Shown: positions 46,901 to 55,556, counted from the first letter of the stretch. The stretch is 64,000 nucleotides of DNA from Candidatus Magasanikiibacteriota bacterium (GCA_003482855.1 DMXO01000005.1:10736-74735); one strand, 5' to 3'. The notes: generated from the letters alone by a model not told the origin. Numbers and translations: made by a program.

Positions 46901-49900
46901 AGTGCTTGCAAATATGCCACGAGTGTCTGCGGTAATGGAGAATTGGAACTGGGAGAAGAGTGTGAAGTGGGCATAAATGACGCAACAGTAAGTGAATGTA
47001 GTGATTGGTGTTTGCTCAAAAATGTATGTGATTCATCTCTCAAACAGTGTGATTATGAAGATGATGAAGGCTGTGCTCCAGATTGCACATGGCTTGGTTC
47101 GTCTATTCTTTATTCGCAGTCCTCACTCTGTTGGGATGGTGTTGCTGGTATTGGCGAATATGCGGGAAGTAATGCCTTTGCACCCTATCTTAGCTGTGAA
47201 GTAAGCCCAACGCAGGCACATAATCCACTCGGGGGCAATCCTGTCCAGCTTGTGACTGCCAAAGGAGAAGTGCCTCCTGAAGGTACGACTGATACAGGGT
47301 TGATAGACGAAGATGGTGATGACATTGCAGAATTACAGAGGACACAGATATTTGCAGATCCAACCACATATCGCAATCCGGATGGGAGTGTGAGCTCTAC
47401 TGTTGGCGATATTGAAGGTGCAGGCCAATATTCACTCCAATGTGGATACACTGAATATACCGAACAACAAATAGAAGAAGAGGAATATACAACTTTGAAT
47501 GATTGTCCTCAAAATACACAAAATCGATTTGGTGTTGCATCTAACTCATGTTGTTATATCCGTCCAGAACGTGTAGACCAATATCCCGCAGTAAATCAGG
47601 GTATTAGTGATAGTAATTCAGTATGTCGTAATACATATCTAGAAGTGGAGTTTAATCATGTAATGGATACTACGTCATTTACCAATAATACATACGTGGT
47701 ACAAGGGTATGAAGAAACACTATATCCAGACTTTAGTTGTGCAGAACATGGTGGAGAGGACATCACGCTTGCGATGAATACTATGCTTGGTATATCTCCT
47801 GATATCGCTCCACAAGGCTTTTGGAGCAAGGTATGGCATGGTATCAAGACATTTTTTGTAAAATTGTTTAGTAGAGATGCCTATGCAGTAGAACCAAATG
47901 CCGGCCTTTCAGGGACTATCACGTGGTGCAAGAGTGATATCAAATTAGATAACGCTGTCTTTCCTGTTCTTGACGAAGATGGAGAGACCACTGCGAGCAA
48001 AGCTGCATTATATTTGAATAAAGCACTAGACGAAAATGTGTATGTTGCTGTCATGTTGGAAGGTGGTGCAACCAAGATCAGAGACACAGAAGGTGTGGGT
48101 ATTCGCAAGCCATTTTCTGGTTATGAGGGTACAGACTATTGGATTTTTAGGACAGGAAGCGAAATATGCAAGATAGACCATATAAATGTAGAACCGTCTG
48201 GGTATTTGTTCAGGACTCCTGAGTCGCAAAGAATATTTGAGGCACAGGTTATTAGTAATACGGGCGGCCAGCTTATTGTACCTATTCCGGATGTGTATTA
48301 TTGGGAATGGGCATGGCATCCACAAAATAACCCCATATTCAATATTCCATCTGACAATCATCCTTATACCAATGTGACGACAAAAGGCGTAGAAGGTCAC
48401 CTTAATGCTATGGGTCAAGCAGAAGTAACGGTAGATATATTTGAAGAAAATAATCAGCTTGGTCAAAAGTTTAATGATTTGTTTGATCTCACCGCATTTT
48501 TCTGTGTGAATCCATGGCCACATATGGATACCTCCATACAAGGTACTACACAAGCAACTATTGATCCGGGGTTTTTTGAAGAAGAGCAGTATCATTTCTC
48601 TATGCTGTATTGTGCGGATGATGGCAATCCTCTCACTATAAGTGATGATCTCCCTTTGTTTGATAATATTTTGGCAGTAACCAATTTGGCAGATCTTGGA
48701 GGAGGTGGTGATGCTACTACTGACACATTATTGCGTTATTTACTATTCTCGAGTACGACCGAAGATGTCATCGGTATTCAGATTTTTGATAATCCTCCAA
48801 AGTCTGATGGTTCGCGACAAACACTTGATGAATGGTATACCAAACGATTTGAAAATATCGGTGCTATGCAACGTACGAGCGTAGCTGATTTTGATGCTTT
48901 GACTGATGGAAGTAATTTTTATATCAATGTATATGATTTTTCTCAAACTGCCCCAACAGACATAGGCATTGTTCATAATTATGTATATCTGTTTAGTGTG
49001 GATGTGAATGCGAACATACAGACCAAGAAAGCCTTTGAACAGATCATTGGTTTGCTTGAAGTAAATACCAATTTTACTGACTGGGGTAAATGTCTGGATA
49101 ATAATGTGCCTCATCATACCTACACGCAGATACCGGTTCGTACGCACGATGATGATATTGTCGAAGTAGATTGTGTCACTGATTTTGATTGTCTCAATAG
49201 TGAAGGCATTCCTTTGTCAGAGACAGGCTTGGAGACAAACGGCGTGTGTTCAAATCAAAAAACAAAATTTTTGCGTGATATAAAACGTTTGCAAGATTTG
49301 CGCACTGCTCAATTCAAAATAGACGATTATTTCAATAATGCATTTGGCACGCCAGATTTCGTCGGAGGCCTTGAGAGTGGATCGTTCATCCAGGGGTATA
49401 CCAATTCAAAATGGCAAACTTCATGGGGAAGGCTTAGTTCTTATATGGGAGGACTTCCTATAGATCCTATCAATGTATGGGTAGGATGTAGTGACCACGA
49501 TAGCGAGACATGTTGGAATTCAGTCAGTTCTACATTCAAATGTCCCCAAGCAGCACAAGTATATGAATACAAATATAATGATGCTGCAGAATCTTATTAT
49601 CTATTTGCACCGTTTGAATTTTTTAAATCGAGTGATCCTTTTGTAAGTCAGTTTATTGATACAAGTAATATTGTATTTGGTAGGAGTTGTTTGCCAGGGG
49701 ATGTGGCTGCAGCATACCAAGGAACTTGTGGAGATGGGATAGTGAATCCAGCGCTTGAAGAATGCGATCCACCAGAGAAAGAAAAGATAGTCCATCAGAC
49801 ATACAATGGGTCAGGCCAAATTATTTCATGTTCGGCAAATCAATATGCTATTGCGACTTGTAGTGATATTTGTGAATGGAATTATGGTGCCTGTACTCTT

Positions 49901-52588
49901 GGAGAAGTAGGGACATGTGGTGACGGTATCGTACAATGGCAACAGGGTGAGACCTGTGATCTTGGAGAAAACAATGGACAATACGGCAAATGCGATCCGC
50001 CGGGTGTTTCGAATGATTCAAGTACTCCTGTAAATGAATCTCTAGGTTGTCGCTCAGAGGGCAGGCTTGGAGGTTATTGTGGGGACAACAGTCTCAATCA
50101 ATCTGCCAATGGCGATCCGCTTGAGTTTTGCGATGAAATCAATGGCGTTTGTACATACATTACTGATGAAGGACAACTCATCAAACCAAAAGTTCAAATT
50201 GTATTGGATAGGTCGGGTTCAATGAAGTATTGTACTGATGGTACGCACAGTGGCAGCGAGGCGTGGTGTAATGGAATAGTGGATAATCCAAATAGCAGAT
50301 GGATATTGGCAAAGACAGGTCTGCAAAATATATTTGACGATTTTTCAAATTTTGCTCGATTTACGTTGCATGTTTTTTCTGCTGATTATTTGAGCACCAA
50401 AAAATGTGTGACGCAGATTGGTAGTGAGAATAATTTTATTACCCAGTTGGATGATATCGATCCATTGGGTGGCACGCCAACAAAAAATGCTTTGGAAGAT
50501 ATATATGATAAGAGGAATATTCTCTTTGGTACTGATCCTACAGTGCCTCGTACGGTTATTTTAGTGACAGATGGAGACCCGTCTGATGTTACGGGAGTTT
50601 GCACGGGTAATACTGTGGCGAATACAAAACAAGTGATTGAAGATTTAAGTAGAGAAGGTATTTCTACTTTTGTTGTCGGTTTTGGGGATGTAGGTGCAAC
50701 ACTCAGTAATAATCTCAATATATTTGCTGAAGCAGGAGGTACTGATAATCCTGGCAGTGAAGATAGATTTTATGAAGCAGATAGCCCAGATAGCCTTCTA
50801 AATGTGTTTGAACAAATTTTGGCCTGCCAGTCATACAGCAAGGTCAGGAGAGGTTCTTGCACATTTGATTGCCAGAATTTTGGTGGACATTGTGGCGATG
50901 GAGTTACTCAATGGGATTATGAAGAGTGTGATGATGGTAATACCAATAATATTGATGCGTGTCTGAGTAATTGTACGCTTAAATCAGGCGCAGTATGTGG
51001 AAATAACACAAAAGAGGGCACTGAACAATGTGATGATGGTAATAACACAGATGGAGATGGATGTACTGCAACCTGCGCTATAGAGATTACTGAGACTACT
51101 GATCCGTTTTGTGGTGACGGAGAAGAGAATCTGCCAGGAGAAAGATGCGATAAAGGTACAGAAAATGGAGTTGTCTGTATCCCAGAGTATAATGGCTCAT
51201 GTACGTATTGTACCGAGAGTTGTATTATAGAGACAGTGGATTCAGAAAAACGTTGTGGCAATGGGAAAGTTGACTATAACGGTTCCCAAGCTTTGGAAGC
51301 ATGTGATTATGTACTTGATGGTCAAGGTGCCCAATCCACCATATACATGGCTACTTCTACTTCAGCTGACGGGCAACTCTTGTGGACATGTAGTAATGAA
51401 TTGATTCTACAGCATTCTTCCGTAAATGAGATCCGTGGTTCTTTGTCATGCGATGATACATGTCAAACACTCAATACTGATAGATGTGTTCAGTGTGGGC
51501 TCAAAGAACTAGCCAAGGGTGGTGTGAAACCAAAGATGGCAGTACTTAATGTGATGACAGGGCAACCGGGGGATTCAGATTGGGCAAATGTCGCGGGTAA
51601 TTCTATAGACGTTGAGTCTATATGGGAAGGTATGTATGCACGTTATTATAGATTGTCTCAAAGTGGAAATACGTCTGACCCTGGTTATATGGGGAGTGGC
51701 GCTTTGAAAGATGTTACACCATATACAGACCAACATATGGTTGCCTCTGGTGATAATGGCACTCTAAGTCAGGATGCATGGGGTATTGAAACAAATAAGC
51801 AGTGTTCTGATTTTTACAGTATTTATTATAATAAGAATACTATTAAACAAAAATTTTTTGGTGGCAGTGCCACTCTTACAGACTACTTAGCGAGCGGTAG
51901 TTATTTCCCATATCCAGTTGATGGCGAGGCAGGAGTAGTGGAGCGCGATTTCGTCGTATCTCCCGCAGTCAAATCCGGAGACATACGCGTGGTCGTGCGT
52001 TGGGATAGAAGCAAGGATCCCAGTGTTGATTTTGCCGGAGCATTTTGGCGAGATGGAAATGGCTTCTCTTCGTATTCAAGTGCGTTGAGCAATTCCAAAT
52101 TATGCAGAGCTATAACTCTTGCTACAGACGGATATTGGAAACCGGATCCTGTTGATCCTGCTTGTGTTTCAAATATAGATAAAGCGTGGACACATTTTTA
52201 TGTCAAAGGTAATGACATAGGAGTACAGTCATATACATTTAGTCTTGATGGCAATACGAATCATAAGGCTATAGGTTTTGTCGTTATGTCGCCCAATGGT
52301 CCTATAGGTCAGTATCTTGATTATGACATATGGGTAGATGTATATTTACCGTATGCCAACCAAGTGCCCGCCTATTCTATATATAAGCCAGCAACATTTC
52401 ATATTAGCCAAGCAGAGTCATCAGACAACACAATGTCTTTGTATTGGCATGTGTTCAATATCGTAAAAGCAGGGAATATATATGTTCCAGTTGATGCATA
52501 TTCTTCAGACAATAGCGGTGGTACTATAGAAACAGATCTATGTCAGGTTCGTGAAAATATGCCGAGTACTACTAAATGTCAATTTTAG
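40913..52588 (+). CDS. Giant (3891 aa) pilin-headed multidomain adhesin: T4SS pilin, Ig/IPT-TIG domains, Myxococcus-type Cys-rich repeats, vWA
   Basis: Same pilin head as the upstream gene; IPT motifs (P.I..I.P....G..VTI.G..FG, W.DT.I...VP); many CGNG/CGDG...EECD repeats; vWA MIDAS VLDRSGSM, GGTPT, VTDG. Confidence 0.85.
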   Translation: MMKSSRKTLLLGLLLSFVLGGFLFYVSPIFGQTTDTFGVAPIDQNLILGQSDIRVTVVKIINIALGLLGIVALGIVLYGGFVYMTAGGAEDKVATARKILVNGTIGLVIILSAFAITRFVLNKLIQATGANTTTENLDGSCSEPGTPYYEKYHGTVVCDAFCNLYQSQCCYAEHFVVKSITPSTPSAGDTTDMYNIIIRALFSNEVAGPANQVLQIFKKNGTQKENITDQFSFNYDGNGTIVEAILNGHVCDETLYPSEHCFDPGEYEVLVMNVKDKQGNELEAQTDCGTFPKDASFKTGERTRDQLIFMTPASAGGPYDVGQYTLLTALKEVDITHGIEQVWNPFDTQSGCVVTGNWRRITEVPGHEGDTGFVEIIDSERQLRQYPIYVVSANENANVTCSGSVIGVTQVRFETYTPTSSLVTGLIYVQGKTDDDEVDLQRVYQETDISGWKKVGGDGHTYTLGNYDDFVDKTPPVVDPLTANGTAGDGVRLVQGIEYPFVTTLRDTNGNAYGDLHIYKQGSASAILDEFIDGPRVLDGSSGPFVVNYGFRVPYSFEFNTNYVAEIRAYDIDSNETLEQIVFRVVPEYCDEPEHAEDPVCIGSNGTCKVQADCAAWLKCLDTDGSLCQTGDTLCECTSWPYIESVTPLNGASGNWVTIQGKGFGDEEGSLAFNYVDGNSDKDYEDAGDTRTSMNLAQCRGTDVWKDTWIIAEVPVQAGTDLPAPNISVRHTTTGYTDYTTDDFGPVVGTFTYNDTKRPGLCSVQVSEDTAFPLVDGTVTVFTASSTYGVPSTPIQAFGKGFGSYATNNVLDFGGVAASVGSGSWSEEIITSVVPFVSPGRIAVSVVASSGERSNPVPFDVYSLQDLNPPVITAIDPATTTPGSYITIYGSNFGNNQGIVKIGGLPSAALPEYCGDTWSDTQIVVKVPSTILDASGTSEVLPVVVERTDNGLKSNGSDKAGIIVGPPRPSICKLDPETGPAPLSGSNRLTLKGENFSASPNIYFWGPESTSTVMSTWLYESFASGRIVNEVADKHITTPIPVNTLKGYSMVTGPIHVISTTGELSNSVRYNVTDCREPNAGTISGFQCCTEGKEAGRWKHDSFICEGGTRDAGYVWRMTTGKIPDQFFVVESCSESAPSPTPWESWPQGKVACLNAQLQARFSLPVDPDTVGIGTINTANVGVFTCGQGQTADCISARQNVSPNFTSDIWGSDMFVLRPIAGDLQPNTWYRIAFSQNVASLREEMRLGVSVTTTENLLATRPCDTDGDGTLDAAYCFDFRTGDVDEICTLVGAGMYKDEYTTKMLGVVQDSRYGKIYQLNKIFDPYDPDIHPLYYFVYGIANQECTVINVDNKPWDWGDDENTPATGHKFPGDSYVHSRGVAKAWEHYPEGYDIFAYIDENQDLEPEGPTGPTVVDVLQLAGVEYANGYDDGRALLPGDTIDDVNLNFSESFNIRFDFSITDIDAMNANYHYLLGSDAFFVYLNRQAEAFISLFYLTSGGNSLYLDDPDAVDILVEGQRYVYEIDFNKQDMLLRLLRDGNVVNSVQVTAQMEMAQIPSSGTVWAHDNTIIDLLKMYDLEITKGEETSGQGPDISRITATSTLYIDLGDPKVLSKWPLCIEACINAEIGAQFDQIMDMTTYANHIQLFECNNGETCTSLTEIPVTIADSSSETIVRAYADPPGDAYYLEKNTWYLVKILDGIHAIGSAKYGEDGTIIQGVQGKSVVPTQWKFRTKNSEEPCVIDNVQLYPDPFTATYIGQKQQYTALPKGAPDACSPYGQFLNPWDYGWEWDVAHDHIATTTNFSMSTVFNKACTINCLPAGSDITKGSYTTYPICGNGVIDVGEDCDIASTTPRTNQGGAPSIAENPGISCSYICLRPGNGNKGEPGTEGVCGNGIADYYQGEECDFNDPQLIIIDSDGNERDYRPYCSDTCQWTGSTPEKTGELAKPVCGSSGVTPGEDCDISDDTTKIGCSSVCLHSGTPLMQHWCDTAPASAQSACKYATSVCGNGELELGEECEVGINDATVSECSDWCLLKNVCDSSLKQCDYEDDEGCAPDCTWLGSSILYSQSSLCWDGVAGIGEYAGSNAFAPYLSCEVSPTQAHNPLGGNPVQLVTAKGEVPPEGTTDTGLIDEDGDDIAELQRTQIFADPTTYRNPDGSVSSTVGDIEGAGQYSLQCGYTEYTEQQIEEEEYTTLNDCPQNTQNRFGVASNSCCYIRPERVDQYPAVNQGISDSNSVCRNTYLEVEFNHVMDTTSFTNNTYVVQGYEETLYPDFSCAEHGGEDITLAMNTMLGISPDIAPQGFWSKVWHGIKTFFVKLFSRDAYAVEPNAGLSGTITWCKSDIKLDNAVFPVLDEDGETTASKAALYLNKALDENVYVAVMLEGGATKIRDTEGVGIRKPFSGYEGTDYWIFRTGSEICKIDHINVEPSGYLFRTPESQRIFEAQVISNTGGQLIVPIPDVYYWEWAWHPQNNPIFNIPSDNHPYTNVTTKGVEGHLNAMGQAEVTVDIFEENNQLGQKFNDLFDLTAFFCVNPWPHMDTSIQGTTQATIDPGFFEEEQYHFSMLYCADDGNPLTISDDLPLFDNILAVTNLADLGGGGDATTDTLLRYLLFSSTTEDVIGIQIFDNPPKSDGSRQTLDEWYTKRFENIGAMQRTSVADFDALTDGSNFYINVYDFSQTAPTDIGIVHNYVYLFSVDVNANIQTKKAFEQIIGLLEVNTNFTDWGKCLDNNVPHHTYTQIPVRTHDDDIVEVDCVTDFDCLNSEGIPLSETGLETNGVCSNQKTKFLRDIKRLQDLRTAQFKIDDYFNNAFGTPDFVGGLESGSFIQGYTNSKWQTSWGRLSSYMGGLPIDPINVWVGCSDHDSETCWNSVSSTFKCPQAAQVYEYKYNDAAESYYLFAPFEFFKSSDPFVSQFIDTSNIVFGRSCLPGDVAAAYQGTCGDGIVNPALEECDPPEKEKIVHQTYNGSGQIISCSANQYAIATCSDICEWNYGACTLGEVGTCGDGIVQWQQGETCDLGENNGQYGKCDPPGVSNDSSTPVNESLGCRSEGRLGGYCGDNSLNQSANGDPLEFCDEINGVCTYITDEGQLIKPKVQIVLDRSGSMKYCTDGTHSGSEAWCNGIVDNPNSRWILAKTGLQNIFDDFSNFARFTLHVFSADYLSTKKCVTQIGSENNFITQLDDIDPLGGTPTKNALEDIYDKRNILFGTDPTVPRTVILVTDGDPSDVTGVCTGNTVANTKQVIEDLSREGISTFVVGFGDVGATLSNNLNIFAEAGGTDNPGSEDRFYEADSPDSLLNVFEQILACQSYSKVRRGSCTFDCQNFGGHCGDGVTQWDYEECDDGNTNNIDACLSNCTLKSGAVCGNNTKEGTEQCDDGNNTDGDGCTATCAIEITETTDPFCGDGEENLPGERCDKGTENGVVCIPEYNGSCTYCTESCIIETVDSEKRCGNGKVDYNGSQALEACDYVLDGQGAQSTIYMATSTSADGQLLWTCSNELILQHSSVNEIRGSLSCDDTCQTLNTDRCVQCGLKELAKGGVKPKMAVLNVMTGQPGDSDWANVAGNSIDVESIWEGMYARYYRLSQSGNTSDPGYMGSGALKDVTPYTDQHMVASGDNGTLSQDAWGIETNKQCSDFYSIYYNKNTIKQKFFGGSATLTDYLASGSYFPYPVDGEAGVVERDFVVSPAVKSGDIRVVVRWDRSKDPSVDFAGAFWRDGNGFSSYSSALSNSKLCRAITLATDGYWKPDPVDPACVSNIDKAWTHFYVKGNDIGVQSYTFSLDGNTNHKAIGFVVMSPNGPIGQYLDYDIWVDVYLPYANQVPAYSIYKPATFHISQAESSDNTMSLYWHVFNIVKAGNIYVPVDAYSSDNSGGTIETDLCQVRENMPSTTKCQF

Positions 52589-52607
52589 AAAAGGGTAAAT
52601 AATTTTT

Positions 52608-53069
52608 ATGCACACGACAAGAAATATTTTATTCATAGTTGCTCTTATTTTTCTTTTGGGATTGGGTGTGTTTTACATATTCTTTTTTATGAAGAAACCC
52701 ATGCCTATACAGCAAACAAATAATGATATACAACAAGTGGATACTACAAATAAGATACAACAGCAGATACAAGAAACAACAGGAATGGACGTATCAATAA
52801 ATCTAGATGATTTCAAACCCTCATCTCCAAAAGAAATGCCTGAGTGGTATGCCACAGACAAAGATGAAGATGGTCTAACCGATGAAGAAGAACAAAGACT
52901 TGGTACAAATGTATGGGAACCAGATAGTGATGGGGATGGATTGCCCGATAAGGTAGAAATAGAGAAATACAAGACAGATCCTATGAAACCAGATAGTGAT
53001 GGAGATACATACTGGGATGGATTGGAAATTACCAATGGATATAATCCGTTGGGAGAAGGGAAGATATAA
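52608..53069 (+). CDS. Bitopic membrane protein with bacterial TSP3-type Ca2+-binding repeats
   Basis: TM; D.D.DGL.D..E...GT....DSDGDG repeats; DG.EI.NGYNP.G.G end. Confidence 0.85.
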   Translation: MHTTRNILFIVALIFLLGLGVFYIFFFMKKPMPIQQTNNDIQQVDTTNKIQQQIQETTGMDVSINLDDFKPSSPKEMPEWYATDKDEDGLTDEEEQRLGTNVWEPDSDGDGLPDKVEIEKYKTDPMKPDSDGDTYWDGLEITNGYNPLGEGKI

Positions 53070-53142
53070 TAGTCTTCCCAATGCCGTGATTGTAAGATAC
53101 CATGTAAGAATTCCAAGCGCTGTCTGTACTTTTATGGGATAG

Positions 53143-53266
53143 TAAATTCATCTAATTCACCTAATTTTCAATTCACCTAATAAAAATTTAAAATCAAAAT
53201 GCTAAAAAATGTATATTTTTTGAATTTTATTAGATGAGTTAGGTGAATTGCAATTTAGCGAATTTA
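53143..53266. repeat. 9-mer periodic palindromic element, family B copy 2
   Basis: aattcatct-aattcacct-aatttt-caattcacctaataaaa ... ttttattagatgagttaggtgaattg. Confidence 0.7.
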
Positions 53267-53344
53267 TTAACTGTAAGAGCATAAACAACGCTCATAATTC
53301 TAACATTTTTATCCACGTGATTAATTATTATCCTATATTATTCT

Positions 53345-54331
53345 ATGTTTGATGATCAACAACCACAAAATTTGGGCAATGTACCAGGTAATCTCCCTAC
53401 GGGAGAGCCTGAAGATGTGTTTGCAAATATCGAGCTAGCATCATCTCGTCTAGCAGATGTACCATCCGACCCTGTTGCAGAGGAGCCCCTTGTCCCCACA
53501 AGTGCTCTTGGCGCGGGCATTTTGCGTCCCAAAGCAGTGGCTACCCCTACACCATTACCAGATACGTATGGCCCTGTAGAACCCCCTATGCCACCTATGA
53601 GACCGTCAACCGTTCCGGTAACGTCTCCAAATACAATCAATCAAACAGACGGTGGTGTGTTAGGGTCAAATAATGACATGGCGCCTGGCATGTTTGATAA
53701 TGTTGCTCCTTCTATGACTGTGCCACCACCAGGTATGACACCAAATGGTGGTAATCAAAACCAGATGTATGACCTCAAAGAACCTATAGGGAATAAGAAA
53801 ACTATTTTGTGGATTATTATTGTAGTTATTGTTGTGGTTTTGGGAGCTGGGAGCGTATGGATTTATACATCTTTTATGAGAGACAAAGATACATCTACCA
53901 ATGACTTTGATGTACCAACCGTGTCAGAGGGTTCTGTAGATGTAGAAAACACAGTCAATACATCGAATTCTTCTCTTGATACACAAAATGGTTCAACACA
54001 AACATCTGGACAAGATACGAATACTACGGGTAATAATACTACCGTAGATTTACAAGATAGAATTCTGTTTGGCGAGCCTATAGATACGGATGGTGATGGA
54101 CTTGATGATGTGCGTGAAGCTGATCTCGACACTGATCCGCTCAATTGGGATACTGACGGAGATGAGCTTGGCGATGGGGACGAGGTCACGATATGGAAGA
54201 CAGACCCGTTGGATTCTGATACAGATGGTGATACGTATTTGGACGGGGTGGAAATCAAAAATGGGTATAGTCCCACAGGCTCAGGCAAGTTGTTTGAACC
54301 ACCTACAAGCACTGACGGCATATCTCAATAA
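53345..54331 (+). CDS. Membrane protein with Pro-rich N-terminus, TM, Ser/Thr linker and TSP3 repeats
   Basis: DTDGDGLDD, DTDGDELGD, DTDGDTYLDG.EI.NGYSP. Confidence 0.85.
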   Translation: MFDDQQPQNLGNVPGNLPTGEPEDVFANIELASSRLADVPSDPVAEEPLVPTSALGAGILRPKAVATPTPLPDTYGPVEPPMPPMRPSTVPVTSPNTINQTDGGVLGSNNDMAPGMFDNVAPSMTVPPPGMTPNGGNQNQMYDLKEPIGNKKTILWIIIVVIVVVLGAGSVWIYTSFMRDKDTSTNDFDVPTVSEGSVDVENTVNTSNSSLDTQNGSTQTSGQDTNTTGNNTTVDLQDRILFGEPIDTDGDGLDDVREADLDTDPLNWDTDGDELGDGDEVTIWKTDPLDSDTDGDTYLDGVEIKNGYSPTGSGKLFEPPTSTDGISQ

Positions 54332-54333
54332 AT

Positions 54334-55530
54334 ATGTTTTGGAGTAAACACGCGAAAAAAAATAAAGTGTCTTCTTCTGAAGGGGAATTATCCGCCGTTA
54401 TTTTGACTATTCCTGATATTTTTTATGGTGGGCAAGATCCTACTATTTATCATACTCAAGAAAAAGTAGGCCTGCATAGCAATAATGACATGTCTACATC
54501 TGCACAGGTAGACACAAAAAAGATTATACCACATAAGACTTCTATTTTTTCAGGAAAAAAAGTTTGGATTATTGGATCTATCTTTTTGGTTGTGGCCGTA
54601 GGTATTATTTCTTGGTATTATATTGCACAGTATCGCGGTGCTCAACAAATGCTCGCGCAGAAAAATCAGACCAACACTACTAGACAAACACAGCAAACGT
54701 CGACGACCACCACACGTGAAATTATACCGACTGCGACATCGACGGTGACTGTCACGAGTTCAAATGAATTGCCTCCTGCAACGAGTACACCATCACTTGT
54801 GTCTGCTTTTTTTGAGTTTCCTACCTCAGTATCAATAGATACCGCAGATTTGGATAGTGATAGTCTTACTGATATTGAAGAAGAACTTTTTGGCATAGAT
54901 AGTGGTACGTGGGATACTGATCAAGATGGGTATTATGATGGACAAGAAATATTTAATCTTTACAATCCTAAAGGATTTGCTCCCGTGAAGTTGATTGACT
55001 CAGGACTCGTACGAGAGTATATCAATCCTTTGGGGTATCGTATTTATTATCCCTTTTTTTGGCAGGAAGGCGATGTCGATCCACAGGAGAGACAAGTTTT
55101 ATTTAGTGCTATTTCAGGTGATTATATAGAAGTAAGGGTCTCACAAAAGGAACAGAATCAGTCTTTTGTCCAATGGTTTGGGAGAAATGCTGAGGGGCAA
55201 CGTTATGCTGATTTGGTTGAATTTGAAAATAGGTTCAAACAAAAGGGATATCGTAGGAAGGACAGTCTCGTTGCTTATTTTGATAGTGATACCTATGTGT
55301 ATATATGTATATATCACCCAAAGGATAGAGGACCTATTGCTTTTCGTCATGTGATGCAGATGATGTATCAGAGTTTTCGTATTCAAAAGACTGATATAGA
55401 TATACCAGATCAGGCGCCGTTGCCTGATGCCAATGCGTCAAGCACCACACGTTCGACAAGTACCATTTTTTCTACTGACACGGCTACAAACACACAGCCG
55501 GCTATAGGTACAACGTCGACAAATATATAA
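54334..55530 (+). CDS. Membrane protein with TM, Thr-rich stalk, TSP3 repeats and a C-terminal globular domain
   Basis: DLDSDSLTD.EE, DTDQDGYYDGQE..N.YNP; following Y.I.YP..W segment resembles a PsbP-like fold (tentative). Confidence 0.8.
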   Translation: MFWSKHAKKNKVSSSEGELSAVILTIPDIFYGGQDPTIYHTQEKVGLHSNNDMSTSAQVDTKKIIPHKTSIFSGKKVWIIGSIFLVVAVGIISWYYIAQYRGAQQMLAQKNQTNTTRQTQQTSTTTTREIIPTATSTVTVTSSNELPPATSTPSLVSAFFEFPTSVSIDTADLDSDSLTDIEEELFGIDSGTWDTDQDGYYDGQEIFNLYNPKGFAPVKLIDSGLVREYINPLGYRIYYPFFWQEGDVDPQERQVLFSAISGDYIEVRVSQKEQNQSFVQWFGRNAEGQRYADLVEFENRFKQKGYRRKDSLVAYFDSDTYVYICIYHPKDRGPIAFRHVMQMMYQSFRIQKTDIDIPDQAPLPDANASSTTRSTSTIFSTDTATNTQPAIGTTSTNI

Positions 55531-55556
55531 ATAATGTGGAGGAGAATGTTTTGTTT

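Noticed and set aside
40913-52588. Diversity-generating retroelement target or intein in the giant gene
   Set aside because: No reverse transcriptase, no template/variable repeat pair and no Hint motifs were recognised in this window.
55538-55545. GGAGGAG upstream of ybeY (and GGAGGGAG before comF) as counter-examples to the rpsU-specific SD
   Set aside because: Spacing to the in-frame start is poor (too far for ybeY, abutting for comF), so they are doubtful SDs; they remain a caveat for that finding.
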